DNA of 50,749 bases from Octopus bimaculoides (taxonomy: Eukaryota), in the NCBI RefSeq assembly GCF_001194135.2, contig NC_068986.1:110282913-110333661 (forward strand), in the 5' to 3' direction. Shown here piece by piece: positions 1 through 12,400 of the stretch; the first letter of the stretch is position 1, and each line of letters opens with the position of its first letter. The position numbers and the translations under genes are program-made. The notes beneath the pieces are model-generated. The model was not told the DNA's origin. It did not search any database and saw nothing but the letters and a program-made list of their open reading frames with translations.

Positions 1-322
1 CTGGAAATAGAGATAACTCGAATGTGGAATCTAAAAACAGAAACAATTCCTATCATAGTAGGTGCCTTAGGTATAATAAAAAAATATTCAGACAAATACA
101 TAACAAAAACACCAGGACTTACAAATATATATAACATACAGAAAATTGCACTACTGGGTACTGCACACATTCTACGCAAAACACTTTCAATACAGTAAAC
201 ATAAGAGCACCACAGCAAACCACAGCACATACCCAAGGCGCACAGAGCTGCGCTCGGTAGTGAAGTGAAAGTACGTTATAAAAATAAAACTACTGAATAA
301 TAATAATAATAACAATAATAAT
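1..322 (+). mobile_element. R4/Dong-type non-LTR retrotransposon, 3' end (RLE C-terminus, 3' UTR, (TAA)n tail)
   Basis: Open frame 1-198: LEIEITRMWNLKTETIPIIVGALGII...IQKIALLGTAHILRKTL*, matching the R4/Dong C-terminal pattern EI.RMW...IP..GALG...QK.ALLGTA.ILR; TAA repeats at about 297-322. Confidence 0.85.
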
Positions 323-705
323 AGATATTGGTACTTGAAAGTGGAAGGTCTCCTACGATAATTAACAGCGAAGTATCAAAGCTCATTATGTGCGGAAATA
401 AACTCTGTGAGACCTTTGACAGCAGGCTGTTGTCCGCTCTCACAGAATCTATCAGAGCGAAGAAGATCGAGTGCTTTGAGTAGTAAAACAACAACAGCAA
501 TAATTATGATAACAAGTAGATGTACTTGCATAGCAAGTGTTTTGAAACTAAAGAAATTGCAGCGCTGAAGACGTAAGGTAGCCATATATGAACACATAAA
601 TAGCGTCAAGTTCATTGGAAGAGTTGTTTCTGATAAACTGACAAACATTTTCGCCGTTCGAAACTGTGACATTTTGCTAGAAGAACACTGTTGCCCCAGA
701 AACAT

Positions 706-1119
706 CAGGAGTGGCTGTGTGGTAAGTAGCTTGCTTACCAACCACATGGTTCCGGGTTCAGTCCCACTGCGTGGCACTTTGGGCAAGTGTCTTCTACTAT
801 AGTCTCGGGCCGACCAAAGCCTTGTGAGTGGAGTTGGTAGACGGAAACTGAAAGAAGCCCGTCGTATATATGTATATATATATATGTATGTGTGTTTGTG
901 TGTCTGTGTTTGTCCCCCCACCATCGCATGACAACCGATGCTGGTGTGTTTACGTCCCCGTAACTTAGCGGTTCGGCAAAAAGAGACCGATAGAATAAGT
1001 ACTAGGCTTACAAAGAATAAGTCCTGGGGTCGATTTTTTTTCTCGACTAAAGGCGGTGCTCCAGCATGGCCGCAGTCAAATGACTGAAACAAGTAAAAGA
1101 GTAAAAGAGTAAAAGAGTA
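706..1119 (+). mobile_element. tRNA-derived SINE family A, full length
   Basis: A-box-like TGGCTGTGTGG, B-box-like GGTTCAGTCCC, CORE-like TTGGGCAAGT, internal TA/TG microsatellite, 3' module ending in (AAAAGAGT)n; homologous copies elsewhere in the window. Confidence 0.9.
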
Positions 1120-1910
1120 CTCACAGGCTCCAGTATTTCTCTATTTCATCTGGGTTTTATTCCAGAAAAAATATCATGCTGCAAGCGACAGGAAATGGGG
1201 ACGATCCTTTTGAGATATCCAAAACGATGGAAACTAGACGTCAAATATTTTGGAGTGCAAGCATAATGGAGGGATATTGGTGCATATTATACCGCAATCA
1301 AGATTACAAGAGAAAATCGGATACACAAAATTTCAGCAACTTATATAAATTATAATCTTTACTTCTATGTATATCTAATTTAATCTATGATATGCAAATG
1401 AAGTTAAAATAAATTATGTATGAATCAAATGAAGTGTAGGCTGGCTGTTTTAGCTCAAGAAATAAACAACCATTGCATAAACAAATATTCGCCACATTAA
1501 TATATTATAAAGTGATAATATTGATATAAATGTAATACGCATATTCTAAACGCTAGACGTGCTTGGAAATGAAAACAACCGAAGATAAATTTGAAATCTC
1601 CCAAAATGTATTAAAAAAAGGTTAATTTAATAACTAATAAAATACAAGTTTATTTTGTTGATCAACGTTATTTGGGTAATGATATCTCATATTCATATAA
1701 AAAGAAAAGAAGACATTCAGGTAGACAAAATAAATTAATAATAAAATGGTAATTAGTAGAACAAATATAGATATCCTGAAGGGAAAATATAATGCTAATT
1801 CAATTCAATATTTGTAAGTATAATGTAAGCCGATGTATCTGATATTATAATTTACATTTTATAAGCTGAGGATTAGCTGTATAAGAGTTGTGTCAAATGA
1901 GGAAATATAT

Positions 1911-2280
1911 AGGCGCAGGAGTAGCTGTGTGGTAAGTAGCTTGCTTACCAACCACATGGTTCCGGGTTCAGTACCACTGCGTGGCACCTTGGGCAAGTGT
2001 CTTCTACTATAGCCACAAGCCGAGTGGACTTGGTAAATGTAAACTGAAAGAAGCCCGTCGTATATGTATATATTTGTGTTTCTGTGTTTGTACCCAGCCA
2101 CAGCTTGACAACCGATGTTAGTGTGTTTATGTCCCGTCACCTAGGTTCGGTAAAAGAGACCGATAGAATAAGTACTAAGCTTACAAAGAATAAGTCCTGG
2201 GGTTGAATTTTTCGACTAAAGGCTGTGCTCCAGCATGGCCGCAGTCAAATGACTGAAATAAGTAAAAGAATAAAAGAGTA
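1911..2280 (+). mobile_element. SINE family A, near full length
   Basis: Colinear with 706-1119, with a small internal deletion after CTATAG. Confidence 0.9.
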
Positions 2281-2769
2281 ATATGTATGTGTGTGTATGC
2301 GCGCGCGTCTGTGTATGTGTGTGTGCGCGTGTGTGTACGTACGTATATATGTTGGATATATATGCATATAGAATGGTTTTATGTATATGTATGAATCTTA
2401 GTTGTTTTATTAAATGCATTTTAATTATATTTACTTCCATCAAAAAGACAGCTTGCACATTTAAGTTTTTCTTTTTAAAATATAATGAGAGAGATTTAAT
2501 ATGAATAAAACGTGAGATTTTGAACTACAGCGAGAATTTGTTACAATGGCGAATTAATACTGGACTTTTACAGAAAGCTGTAAAAAAAATTATGAAACAA
2601 ACATATTTTCATTTGCATTATGAATAGGAAGGTGAAAGCGAATTGTATGGCGGTCAGCGTGTTGGGCTAACGAACGTGGCATTGTGGTTTCGATTCCTGC
2701 ATTGTGCAGCACGTTGTGTAAAACAAATAATTTTACATTGCTTAAATTGACTCAGCCCGAAAGAGTACC

Positions 2770-3480
2770 TGTCACGTTATGGTGTAGGCTTGTCTCCGGC
2801 TGTCACATGCTGGATATTCCCAAAAGGCCAGTTGATAGAGATCCGAGTGGGTTTCTATCCCTAACCATTTAAAACAATTAATAAAAACATGTGGAAGGAA
2901 TTCCAAGCACGTTGCGTGGTTCGCTACCTCACAGTTCCTTTATAGGACCCAGTGGCTACAGACATCATCAGAAGGAACCACATCCGGTTTCGGCTCCTAG
3001 TCCTCTACCGTTTTCGACGTGGCGCCCCACCTCCCTTCCGGTGGTGTCTTCAACTCTGGTGTTGAGTGCGTTTCTTCTGCTTTTTTTTTCTTTTGTTCTG
3101 TGGTACCTTCGATGCAGCGTCAACGAATGTCAGTGGACGACTGTTCATCCTGCCAAATTTTCCTTTAAATTACTCGTCGGGAAGCTCCTGCATCCAGCAC
3201 CAGCTAATTGTCACAAGACACTGTCTAAGCTTCAACTGACCAATGGAGGGGAAGGGCGTGTAGTTTTAGCCCACGCCCTCTCTAAACCTGCCTTCCAGTT
3301 GTGTTATTTTCAGTTCCAGCAGCCAAAGCCGACCAGTTGTTTGGTGGTACAAGTCTTTGAACCAGGAGAATGGAGAGCTATGAACGAGAACGCTACATTG
3401 GCCCACCAATCAATCAGCGACGTTGCTTAAGTGTCAACCAGCTTCACATAGAGACGCTATTTCCCAGTCGGCCTGTTATG
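2770..3480. other. Unclassified GC-richer island, possibly an LTR-like repeat
   Basis: Starts TGTCACG, contains CCAAT/GGGCGT-like motifs; the 179-aa ORF has no recognisable motif; no target duplication found. Confidence 0.25.
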
Positions 3481-3888
3481 GCTATTTAGCCATTTGGGGT
3501 CTTCTCGTTTCAGCCATAAAAAAATATGGAATATGCTACGAACTCTTAATAGTGAAATCCCTCAAATTTTGAGTAGCTTATTTATTATATCTGTTACTAA
3601 ATTAATAAATACATGGCGCTGATCCGTAAATTACTACAATTAATTTTGAATATACATCAGTGAATATTATGAACTATTTAACTTTTTGGAGAAGATCTTC
3701 ATTTGAAAACATCAAAGCTATTTCTATTCCCATATGTTCTGAATCGGCGTCAAAATACTAATTAAAGGTCACTTATTTTGCCAGCTCTGTTGATATTGTT
3801 GTTGATTTTGAAACTGTATATATGTATATATAAACAAGTATGCGCGCATAGATGTATACACTCTTACATACATAAATATATATGTAAT

Positions 3889-3908
3889 TACACACACACA
3901 CACACACA

Positions 3909-3961
<53 letters not shown>
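3889..3961. repeat. (CA)n microsatellite
   Basis: Directly visible; similar tracts at about 4322-4376, 15086-15135, 18464-18531, 44373-44420. Confidence 0.95.
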
Positions 3962-3963
<2 letters not shown>

Positions 3964-4318
3964 TCATCTATATCTATATTTTTCAATATATTTATCCATC
4001 TGTGTGTATGTGTGCGTCTCTGTGTATTGTGTGTGTGTGTGTATGTATGTTTGTGTGAGAGTAAGTGTATATATGTATAACACTTCTGTTATTAGTTTAC
4101 GCGTGCAATAATGAAAGGTTAGTGTCCATACGATGCTAATTTAGTCTCTGTCTGTAGCTTTAATAAGATTTTGCCAAACACTTTTAATTTATGCTGTCAC
4201 CTGTACATTTTCAAATATGTGAGTAACGTTTCACGTCTCCCCCACCACAAGTATAATCCACCCATAATTTAAGCTTCAAATTAACTATCCGTTGAGATCA
4301 TACAAACTAACTTCACAT

Positions 4319-4377
<59 letters not shown>

Positions 4378-4429
4378 CAAACATATATATCATACCAAAT
4401 ATACCATATCAAGTTACGGTAAATAAAGA

Positions 4430-5674
4430 TAGTGACCCATGATCATTACAACAGACTAACAATAATATGGCTGTCAGAACTGTCTTATGACAACAAGGCA
4501 ATTTCTCACAATGCATTTGCAGTACCAGTGCTGATTCGAACATTAGGGTTGCTCTTATGGCCCGTAGAAGAGACCCACTCCATAGACATTAAAACCAGCA
4601 AGGTTCTAACATTAGCTGGAAATCTCCACCAAAACAGTGATATCGACAGGGTCTACCAAGGAAGGGTTAAAGGAGATCAGTGCAGGCAACCTTCGAATGC
4701 AACACAGTCTTCTCTCAGACTGGACTTACTAAAGAACAACAGCAAAAATATATACATTGACATAGCGCTGAATAGTGAGGAAAACAATATCTCTTCCTGA
4801 TGACCTCTCATACAACCTCAAATCAGCCGAACTAGCATAACTCAAAGAAAACCTTCAATTGAAACCCTCAGCTTACCAAAATAAGATCATGCATGGGTAT
4901 GTTTTGCGAAGACTGGAAGAAGATAGTAACATTGGCTTGAAGTGAAGCCTCTCTTGGACACGTGACCGATATAACACATCACAGTTCGAAGGTTATGCAT
5001 TTACAATCCAAGAACACGAGATTGCTACTAAATACCTACTCAACAAAAGAGACAGTGGAGCCCTTGGAGTTCTAAGGTACAAGCGTAAATGTAGATTGTG
5101 TCATATATTTGTGGAAGACATCACGCGTGATTAACAGCTGCTCAAAATTATCATCAAGATACAGCCTCCCTATGCGACATGACGTTGTCGCAAAAACCAA
5201 TAGACAATGCTATTGGGGAAAAAAGAAACTGTCCTGAAATAAATATAAAGAATCTCCCTGTTATTGAATACGTACACAAATATCAGCTCTAGAAATACTG
5301 GTGGAACATTTCCATCAAAATATCTGTGAAGTGTAACATAACAGGCCGGATATTGTTGTTTCGGACAGACGAGAAAACGTAGGTGCCGTCATAGAGGTCA
5401 GCCGTCTTGCTGATATGAATATCTCATTGAAAATCAAAGAGAAAGATCATTATGGACAACTGTGTCGAGACCTCTTTCTTCTATATTCGTATTACAAATT
5501 TACATACCAATAATAATTGGAGCACTTGGTTTTGTAGATACATTCCTAACTGTCAGTCGGGATTAGCTTGGATTTTCAGAAAAAGAAATCAACCAACTGA
5601 TTCGCACGTTACAAATACAATCTGTAAGCAGAGAAGTAAAACTGCGCAAGAGATTACTCAGGTTTAAAATGTGA
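4430..5674 (+). mobile_element. Degenerate R4/Dong-type retrotransposon: RT thumb, zinc finger, RLE
   Basis: AVPVL..TLGLL.W...IDIKTSKVLT.AGNLHQNSDIDRVY (about 4520-4660); QEHEIATKY; KCRLC...SC...MRHDVVAK (about 5090-5195); HNRPDIVV...IEV...KEK..YGQL (about 5337-5460); IIIGALG; multiple frameshifts and stops. Confidence 0.85.
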
Positions 5675-6479
5675 CATTGTTTTTATTATCAACATTCAAA
5701 AGATGGAGATTTGTATCTTTGTTAGAAACCAGCTCCTTCTGCAGAGGAAGAATTTAAATGATTAAATACAGAAGAGGCTTACGTATATACCAGCACACAA
5801 ACGTACATACATACATACATAAATACATACATACATACATACAAACATACTTACATACATACAAACACACACGCATACGTACATACATACATACATACAT
5901 ACATACAAACATACATACATACATACATAATTACATATAATTTGAGATCATTTTTATAGAATTATGTCTTTATGAACATTAATATCATCAATGCTATTAT
6001 AAATATACTAGAAAACTTTAGAGAAATGTAGTTACATACGTACATTCACACATACATATATCCACATATATATATGCATGACTATAGNNNNNNNNNNNNN
6101 NNNNNNNNNNNNNNNNNNNNNNNNNNNNNNNNNNNNNNNNNNNNNNNNNNNNNNNNNNNNNNNNNNNNNNNNNNNNNNNNNNNNNNNNNNNNNNNNNNNN
6201 NNNNNNNNNNNNNNNNNNNNNNNNNNNNNNNNNNNNNNNNNNNNNNNNNNNNNNNNNNNNNNNNNNNNNNNNNNATATATAGCAAGCTGACAGGATTACT
6301 GCATATTCTATCTTGATCTATTTATATTTGACTCAAAGTAGTATATCCTACTCGTGCGGTTGGACCTTTCTAATGCAGCATCTGTTAGTCGACTGTCAGT
6401 CAACTCTTACCATGGTCAGACTACCTCTATTTATATGTCTTGGTCGAGCCTACTTCTTCGCTTGGGGGCGTCGACACAA

Positions 6480-6960
6480 CAATTGGAGAGGTGCCTGCTA
6501 ATGTTGTTAACCATTTGTTTAATTACTGCTGATGAGTGGTTGGAACCTATATCTATGTACAAGGCTTCCTTGTTTGGTTTGTGGTAGGGTTTAAATTTTC
6601 CTGCGTTAATGTCCAGGAAGTTGACTTCTTTAAGTTTGGTACTAATCGTGGTTCTTAAGCGAAGTTGTCTACATATGTTGCATAATTTTTCTTTATTTCA
6701 TCCATGTCATGTCCCTTTTTATTGTATATTACTAACAGGCCATCGTTGCTATATAAGCCTATGTTAGCTACTTTTACTTCATTTTTAAGGATATCTAGGA
6801 TATAAAGGCCTACTGGCTCATCTATCTCTGCATCGTCATAGCTCTCCATTTCCACGGTCAATTATGGTTAGGGTCTCGTCTCCTTTTTTTTTTACCCAAT
6901 AGGAATTGAAGGAGAAATGACTTCCTTGCTTTCATAATTGTATCTATATCTAAATTCAAG
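6480..6960 (-). mobile_element. Penelope-like element (PLE), reverse transcriptase core, degenerate
   Basis: IMKARKSFL..WVKK, M.SYD.AEI.E.VGLYIL, NIGLYSNDGL (decayed LYRDDG), EVNFLDI, PYHKPN...YI...SNH. Confidence 0.85.
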
Positions 6961-7245
6961 TATCTTCTGAAGTAAGCTTTTGGAAATCGTGGGGTAGAAC
7001 TCTACAGAAGTCGGTGTGTAACTCGAAACTTAATTAGCACAACAATCGTTTCGGCTTCGTTCTGCACTGCTCCGTAGTGGGTGTGGGACGATGTAATGAC
7101 ATCAGTGCAGAGAACCTCATTTGGTGATGTAACATCCTTCAAAATCTACCTTCTCGCATTATTCCAGCTTTACACAACTACATAAAAAATCAGATCCCTC
7201 TCAGTGCTTATTAATTCCCCGTTACGGACGATAAGCCTGTTTATA
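6961..7245 (-). mobile_element. Probable PLE terminal repeat upstream of the RT fragment
   Basis: Abuts the PLE RT and ends at a (TA)n tract; contains a long hairpin at about 7058-7115. Confidence 0.45.
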
Positions 7246-7281
7246 TATTTAAATATTCACTTCCGAGCACATATGGAAATG

Positions 7282-7354
<73 letters not shown>

Positions 7355-9399
7355 ACACATAATATATCATAGATGTATTTCATACATTTATACATACATA
7401 CATGCATGCATGCATTCATACATACAAGCTTATATATATATATATGCATATAATTTTAATTTTTTAATTATTTTATTTGCTTCAGTAATTTGAGATGTAA
7501 TGAAATAAGTGTCATGGTCGAGTTGTTAACACGTTTCTTTCGTAATCATAAGGATTCTGGTTCGATCTTTATCCGCGTAATCGAGAGGATAGAAATATGA
7601 ATTCCATCAAGTAGACTGTAAATGTAATTCAAAAGCCAAACCATATCGCGTATATTAAGTTAATTTCACCTCAAAATTATTTTAAAAGTACATATATTTA
7701 CGGAATACTCAGCCGCTTTATGTAATGCTATCTTCACAACTTGTTAGTTTATTTCACAGTACAACTGATTGTTCAAAATGCAATGAAATGCCTCAAGCAA
7801 AAAGCGAACCTGTAAACCAGCCTCCTCCGCTCTTGTATTTATCAGGACGTCAGGAAGAGGACGCCACTTGTCATCAGATAATTCAAATACATTTTGCTCT
7901 CAATCACAAATTGTCTTTTGTATGTTTTCGACATAACTTCCTATTTATAATCTGAATATTGTTGAGTTACATCTTTTATTGTTATTATTTTTGTGTGTTC
8001 TGTATTTGGCCGATTGAAGAAAAACGCAACAATACAAAAACACAATAACAACAAAAAAAGCACAAAACGAAGAAGAATAATCATAAAAATATATTGCAAA
8101 ATGAGATTACTGAAGGATCTTATTGATTGGTTGACATTGAGTGAAAGCAATTATGTTGTCGTAGAAATGAAAGACAATTAGTTAGAATCGAAAGCAATGT
8201 TTTGTTAAAAAAATAACAAAATAAAATAATAATAATAAAGAAAAAAAGCACATTTTGATTGAGCAATAACATATGTAAAAAACAAAAAAAAACACGAGAA
8301 AAAATATCGAGCAAATATAATAAAAAGAGCTAGACTCAATCAAAGCTACTCCATGGGTAGCATTAAAAAGCACATTGTTTAAATTCCTTGCTGAGGTAGT
8401 AAAAACTAACTTGACTAACAAAAATAAAAGCAAGAATAAAAATATTAAAGATTGAAGAAAATATTCCATGCAATTATTGTACCTATATTAATCAATGTTC
8501 GACTCTCTCTATGAGCGACATTCATTACAAGAAACACAAATACGTACACACATACACTATATATATGTATATATNNNNNNNNNNNNNNNNNNNNNNNNNN
8601 NNNNNNNNNNNNNNNNNNNNNNNNNNNNNNNNNNNNNNNNNNNNNNNNNNNNNNNNNNNNNNNNNNNNNNNNNNNNNNNNNNNNNNNNNNNNNNNNNNNN
8701 NNNNNNNNNNNNNNNNNNNNNNNNNNNNNNNNNNNNNNNNNNNNNNNNNNNNNNNNNNNNNNNNNNNNNNNNNNNNNNNNNNNNNNNNNNNNNNNNNNNN
8801 NNNNNNNNNNNNNNNNNNNNNNNNNNNNNNNNNNNNNNNNNNNNNNNNNNNNNNNNNNNNNNNNNNNNNNNNNNNNNNNNNNNNNNNNNNNNNNNNNNNN
8901 NNNNNNNNNNNNNNNNNNNNNNNNNNATATATATATATATATACATATATATCAAAGTGAACAGTCATTGAGGTTATTTCTGGGACTATTACTGTCAAAT
9001 GCAATACAAAACAAAAGGAGTTGAACAAGAGGAAGAATGAGAAAAATTAAGAAGGGGGTGAGTTGTAGTAGTGGGAGGTGCAGGAGGAGGTGAAGAAGGA
9101 GAAAAAGTAGAAGAATAGGAAGGCGAAGAAGGAGGGACGGAGAGGAGGGTGAGGAGAGGGAAGAAGAAAAAGATTTGCAATTAATGTATGCAGTGCATAA
9201 ACAAATAATGAAATAGACTGGTGACGAAGAGTAACAAATCGCTCCTCCTTCTCTTCCTCCTCCTCCTCCTCCTACTACTCCTAGTACTCCTCCTCCTCCT
9301 ACTACTATTACTACTGCTGCTGCTGCTGCATTCGTGACATTAGTAATAAAAAACAATAGCCCTAAATCTACAAAACCACATCTGTGTCAGGTTCTCGGT

Positions 9400-9600
9400 G
9401 CATATGATCGATCATTTCTGTACCGATTAATTCATGTGCACCTGGTTTATAGATATAATTTAATCGAACGAATCAAGCCCAGTATTCATTTTTGCTTTTA
9501 AGCCGAATATATATTCCATTATTGTCTTTTACAGAACCATTAAGTTACGGGATAGAAACGCACAAACACCGGTTGTTAAGCGGTGATCGGGACAGACATA
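9400..9600 (-). mobile_element. Old SINE A 3' module
   Basis: Degenerate match to GAACCGCTAAGTTACGGGGACG...CGGTTGTCAAGCG. Confidence 0.55.
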
Positions 9601-9789
9601 AAATCAGAAACTAATTTATCTTGAATTTTATTCATATACTGTCATTCGTTTTTCTTCCATGTGTGTATATTTGTTTGTGTATATGTCTGTATGCACATAT
9701 GTATGTATGATTGTATGCATGTATTATGTATGTACAAATGTATGCACGCATGTGTATACGGACGTATGTATGTGCTTGTTCAGTTTTAT

Positions 9790-10316
9790 TTCAAAATCTT
9801 TGCCAATGGAGAAAGAGGCGCTTCCTAATCTAGATACAAGACTCCTTCACTGGAATTTCAGCAAGGTATTTTTGGGTTCAGTAATGGAAAGAACTGCCTA
9901 ACGCAGCTCCTGCATCACCATGATGACATTTTGAGAGCTGTGGGGGAGGTTCCAACACCAATGACAGCTACTTTGATTTCAGAAAGGCGTTTGACATGGT
10001 TGATCATAAGATTCTCTTCAAAAACTTATCCAAAATTGGTGTCTATGGGAAGTCACTACAATGGATCAAGTGTTTCCTGACGGATTGAGCCCAACGTGTT
10101 GTAGTCGAAGGAGTAAGATCAAGCCCAGCCACAGTCAGTTGTGGTGTTCCACAGGGCATTGTGTTGGGCCCAGTTCATTTCATCATCTTCACCAATGACC
10201 TTACTGACATCATCAAGCACAACAGCATAAGAATCTTTTCAGATGATTCCAAGCTCCAGAAGGTCATCTATGGCCTGGGCCAATACTGTCCGAAACCTAT
10301 TAAAGTATCAAAGTAT
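9790..10316 (+). mobile_element. CR1-clade LINE, RT domains joined directly to the 3' terminus
   Basis: GFSNGKNCLTQLL, YFDFRKAFDMVDH, GVPQGIVLGP, RIFSDDSKL, then the terminus GGCCTGGGCC...CCGAAAC also seen at 26740-26764. Confidence 0.9.
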
Positions 10317-10971
10317 GTATGTATACGAACGGATTTTTATGTTTTGTTTTATGTGTGTATTGTTCATGCAGAGATGCGTATCTAAATAAGTTCATATATA
10401 TCTGAATGATAATGGAAATTTTTAAAGTTATTTTACACTTCCTGTGATGGATTAGATCTGTAGTCTTCGAATAAGCTTTCTCTTTTTTGGTTTTGAGAAA
10501 CCTAATTTCACAAGATTGGTATTTAGACAGTGTGTTATATATCCCAGGGCCCCAATAATTACACGTATAAACCTGAACTTGTAACCTGGATATGTATGTG
10601 TGTATGTATGTGTGTATGTATGTATGTATGCATGAATGTATGCATGTATGCATGTATGTATGCATGTATGTATATATACATGTATGTATGTGGGTAGGTA
10701 TGTATGTTGGTGTAACTGTCAGATTAGTGAGGCCGCAAATTTTTAGTTCGATAGAATGAGAACTGGTTTCAAAATCAGAACTGTGGCCAATTTTCTTCAA
10801 GAAACGTCTTCGAGCCACTGCTCAGCAAGGGCGTAATCTAACGCATGAAACATACACAAGCATAGAAGAATATAAGGATAAACGTGTGTGCGCGTTTGTG
10901 ATAGAGCGTGTAAACACACACGCTTACGAAAAAACGAGTGCGCACATGCAGTTATACTGAATGAGAGAAAT

Positions 10972-10976
10972 AGAGT

Positions 10977-11017
<41 letters not shown>

Positions 11018-11032
11018 GGGGAGATTCTGGAA

Positions 11033-11092
<60 letters not shown>
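10972..11092. repeat. (GA)n microsatellite
   Basis: Directly visible; others at about 21049-21131, 23757-23842, 45024-45061. Confidence 0.95.
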
Positions 11093-11095
<3 letters not shown>

Positions 11096-11357
11096 AGAGC
11101 GTGAGGGAGGGAGAGATTGATAAACAAAGAACACACCCACATGTTGGTATTTGATATTTCAATATATTACCATGACTGCATGCTGAATAAGAAGAGCGAG
11201 TTGGTTCGACACGGGGAGCAGATTAGAACTTGATGTTAGTAGAAGCAGAATGTAGTTTTGGGAAAGATTTGTTTGAAAAAGGTAGAATCATCTCAAAAAA
11301 CAATTTATACAGTCTGTAATACAATCACACAAACAAACCTCTAATGCATATACATAT

Positions 11358-11390
<33 letters not shown>

Positions 11391-11667
11391 NNNNNNNNNN
11401 NNNNNNNNNNNNNNNNNNNNNNNNNNNNNNNNNNNNNNNNNNNNNNNNNNNNNNNNNNNNNNNNNNNNNNNNNNNNNNNNNNNNNNNNNNNNNNNNNNNN
11501 NNNNNNNNNNNNNNNNNNNNNNNNNNNNNNNNNNNNNNNNNNNNNNNNNNNNNNNNNNNNNNNNNNNNNNNNNNNNNNNNNNNNNNNNNNNNNNNNNNNN
11601 NNNNNNNNNNNNNNNNNNNNNNNNNNNNNNNNNNNNNNNNATATATATATGTATATATGTATATATG

Positions 11668-11739
<72 letters not shown>

Positions 11740-12144
11740 CAAGCACGAAAACAGACATACACACGTACACATATGCATGCCTGCGTACTTGTAGGTATAT
11801 TTGTGCGTATATGCTTGAAGAATTTTACACACTTGCAATTTCTTTCGCTGTAAATTTGTTTATTCATGCGTGAGTTAGTATGCTAGTTGTTTTGTAAAGC
11901 AGCGTTTATTTCACTTTGAGTCGATGAATTTAAAACACAAGAGACTCTCCAAACTAAAACAAAATGTAAAGAATAAAATAAAATGGAAAAATCAGAAACG
12001 CAATAATTTGTTTGAAAGATAAATCTGATACAAAATCACATTAATTTTGGTGTAGTGAGTTTGTTCATTACAAATTTCTTTCTGTTTTTCCTATCAAGCC
12101 AGTTTCAGAATGATAATGATAGTGATTTTAACATAAACACGAGG

Positions 12145-12320
<176 letters not shown>

Positions 12321-12400
12321 ATGCTTATTTTCTTTAGCGTCTACTTTCAGTTCTGTTTCCATTTCTTGCCGAGTGTCTTCCTGACATCTGGGGCAGAGAA
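12321..12400 (-). mobile_element. 3' tip of a (TAA)n-tailed retrotransposon, probably R4/Dong
   Basis: TTCCATTTCTTGCCGAGTGTCTTCCTGAC...GGGCAGAGAA is homologous to 35500-35590 and abuts (TAA)n on the minus strand. Confidence 0.55.

Noticed and set aside
706-790. tRNA gene
   Set aside because: A and B boxes only; no acceptor stem, and it continues into the SINE body
376-1092. 238-aa minus-strand ORF, plus a WLPY-containing GPCR-like frame at about 400-620
   Set aside because: The first half is antisense SINE; the GPCR resemblance is one short motif in a frame with several stops
6966-6995. CTGAAGTA...GGAAATCGT hammerhead-like string
   Set aside because: Core and stems do not fit without several changes
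7835-7880. TGACGTC plus GATAAATA on the minus strand as a CRE/TATA promoter
   Set aside because: Imperfect short motifs with no linked exon
8182-8469. Signal-peptide-like hydrophobic ORF
   Set aside because: Antisense of A-rich DNA gives stop-poor Phe/Leu frames; no splice or domain support
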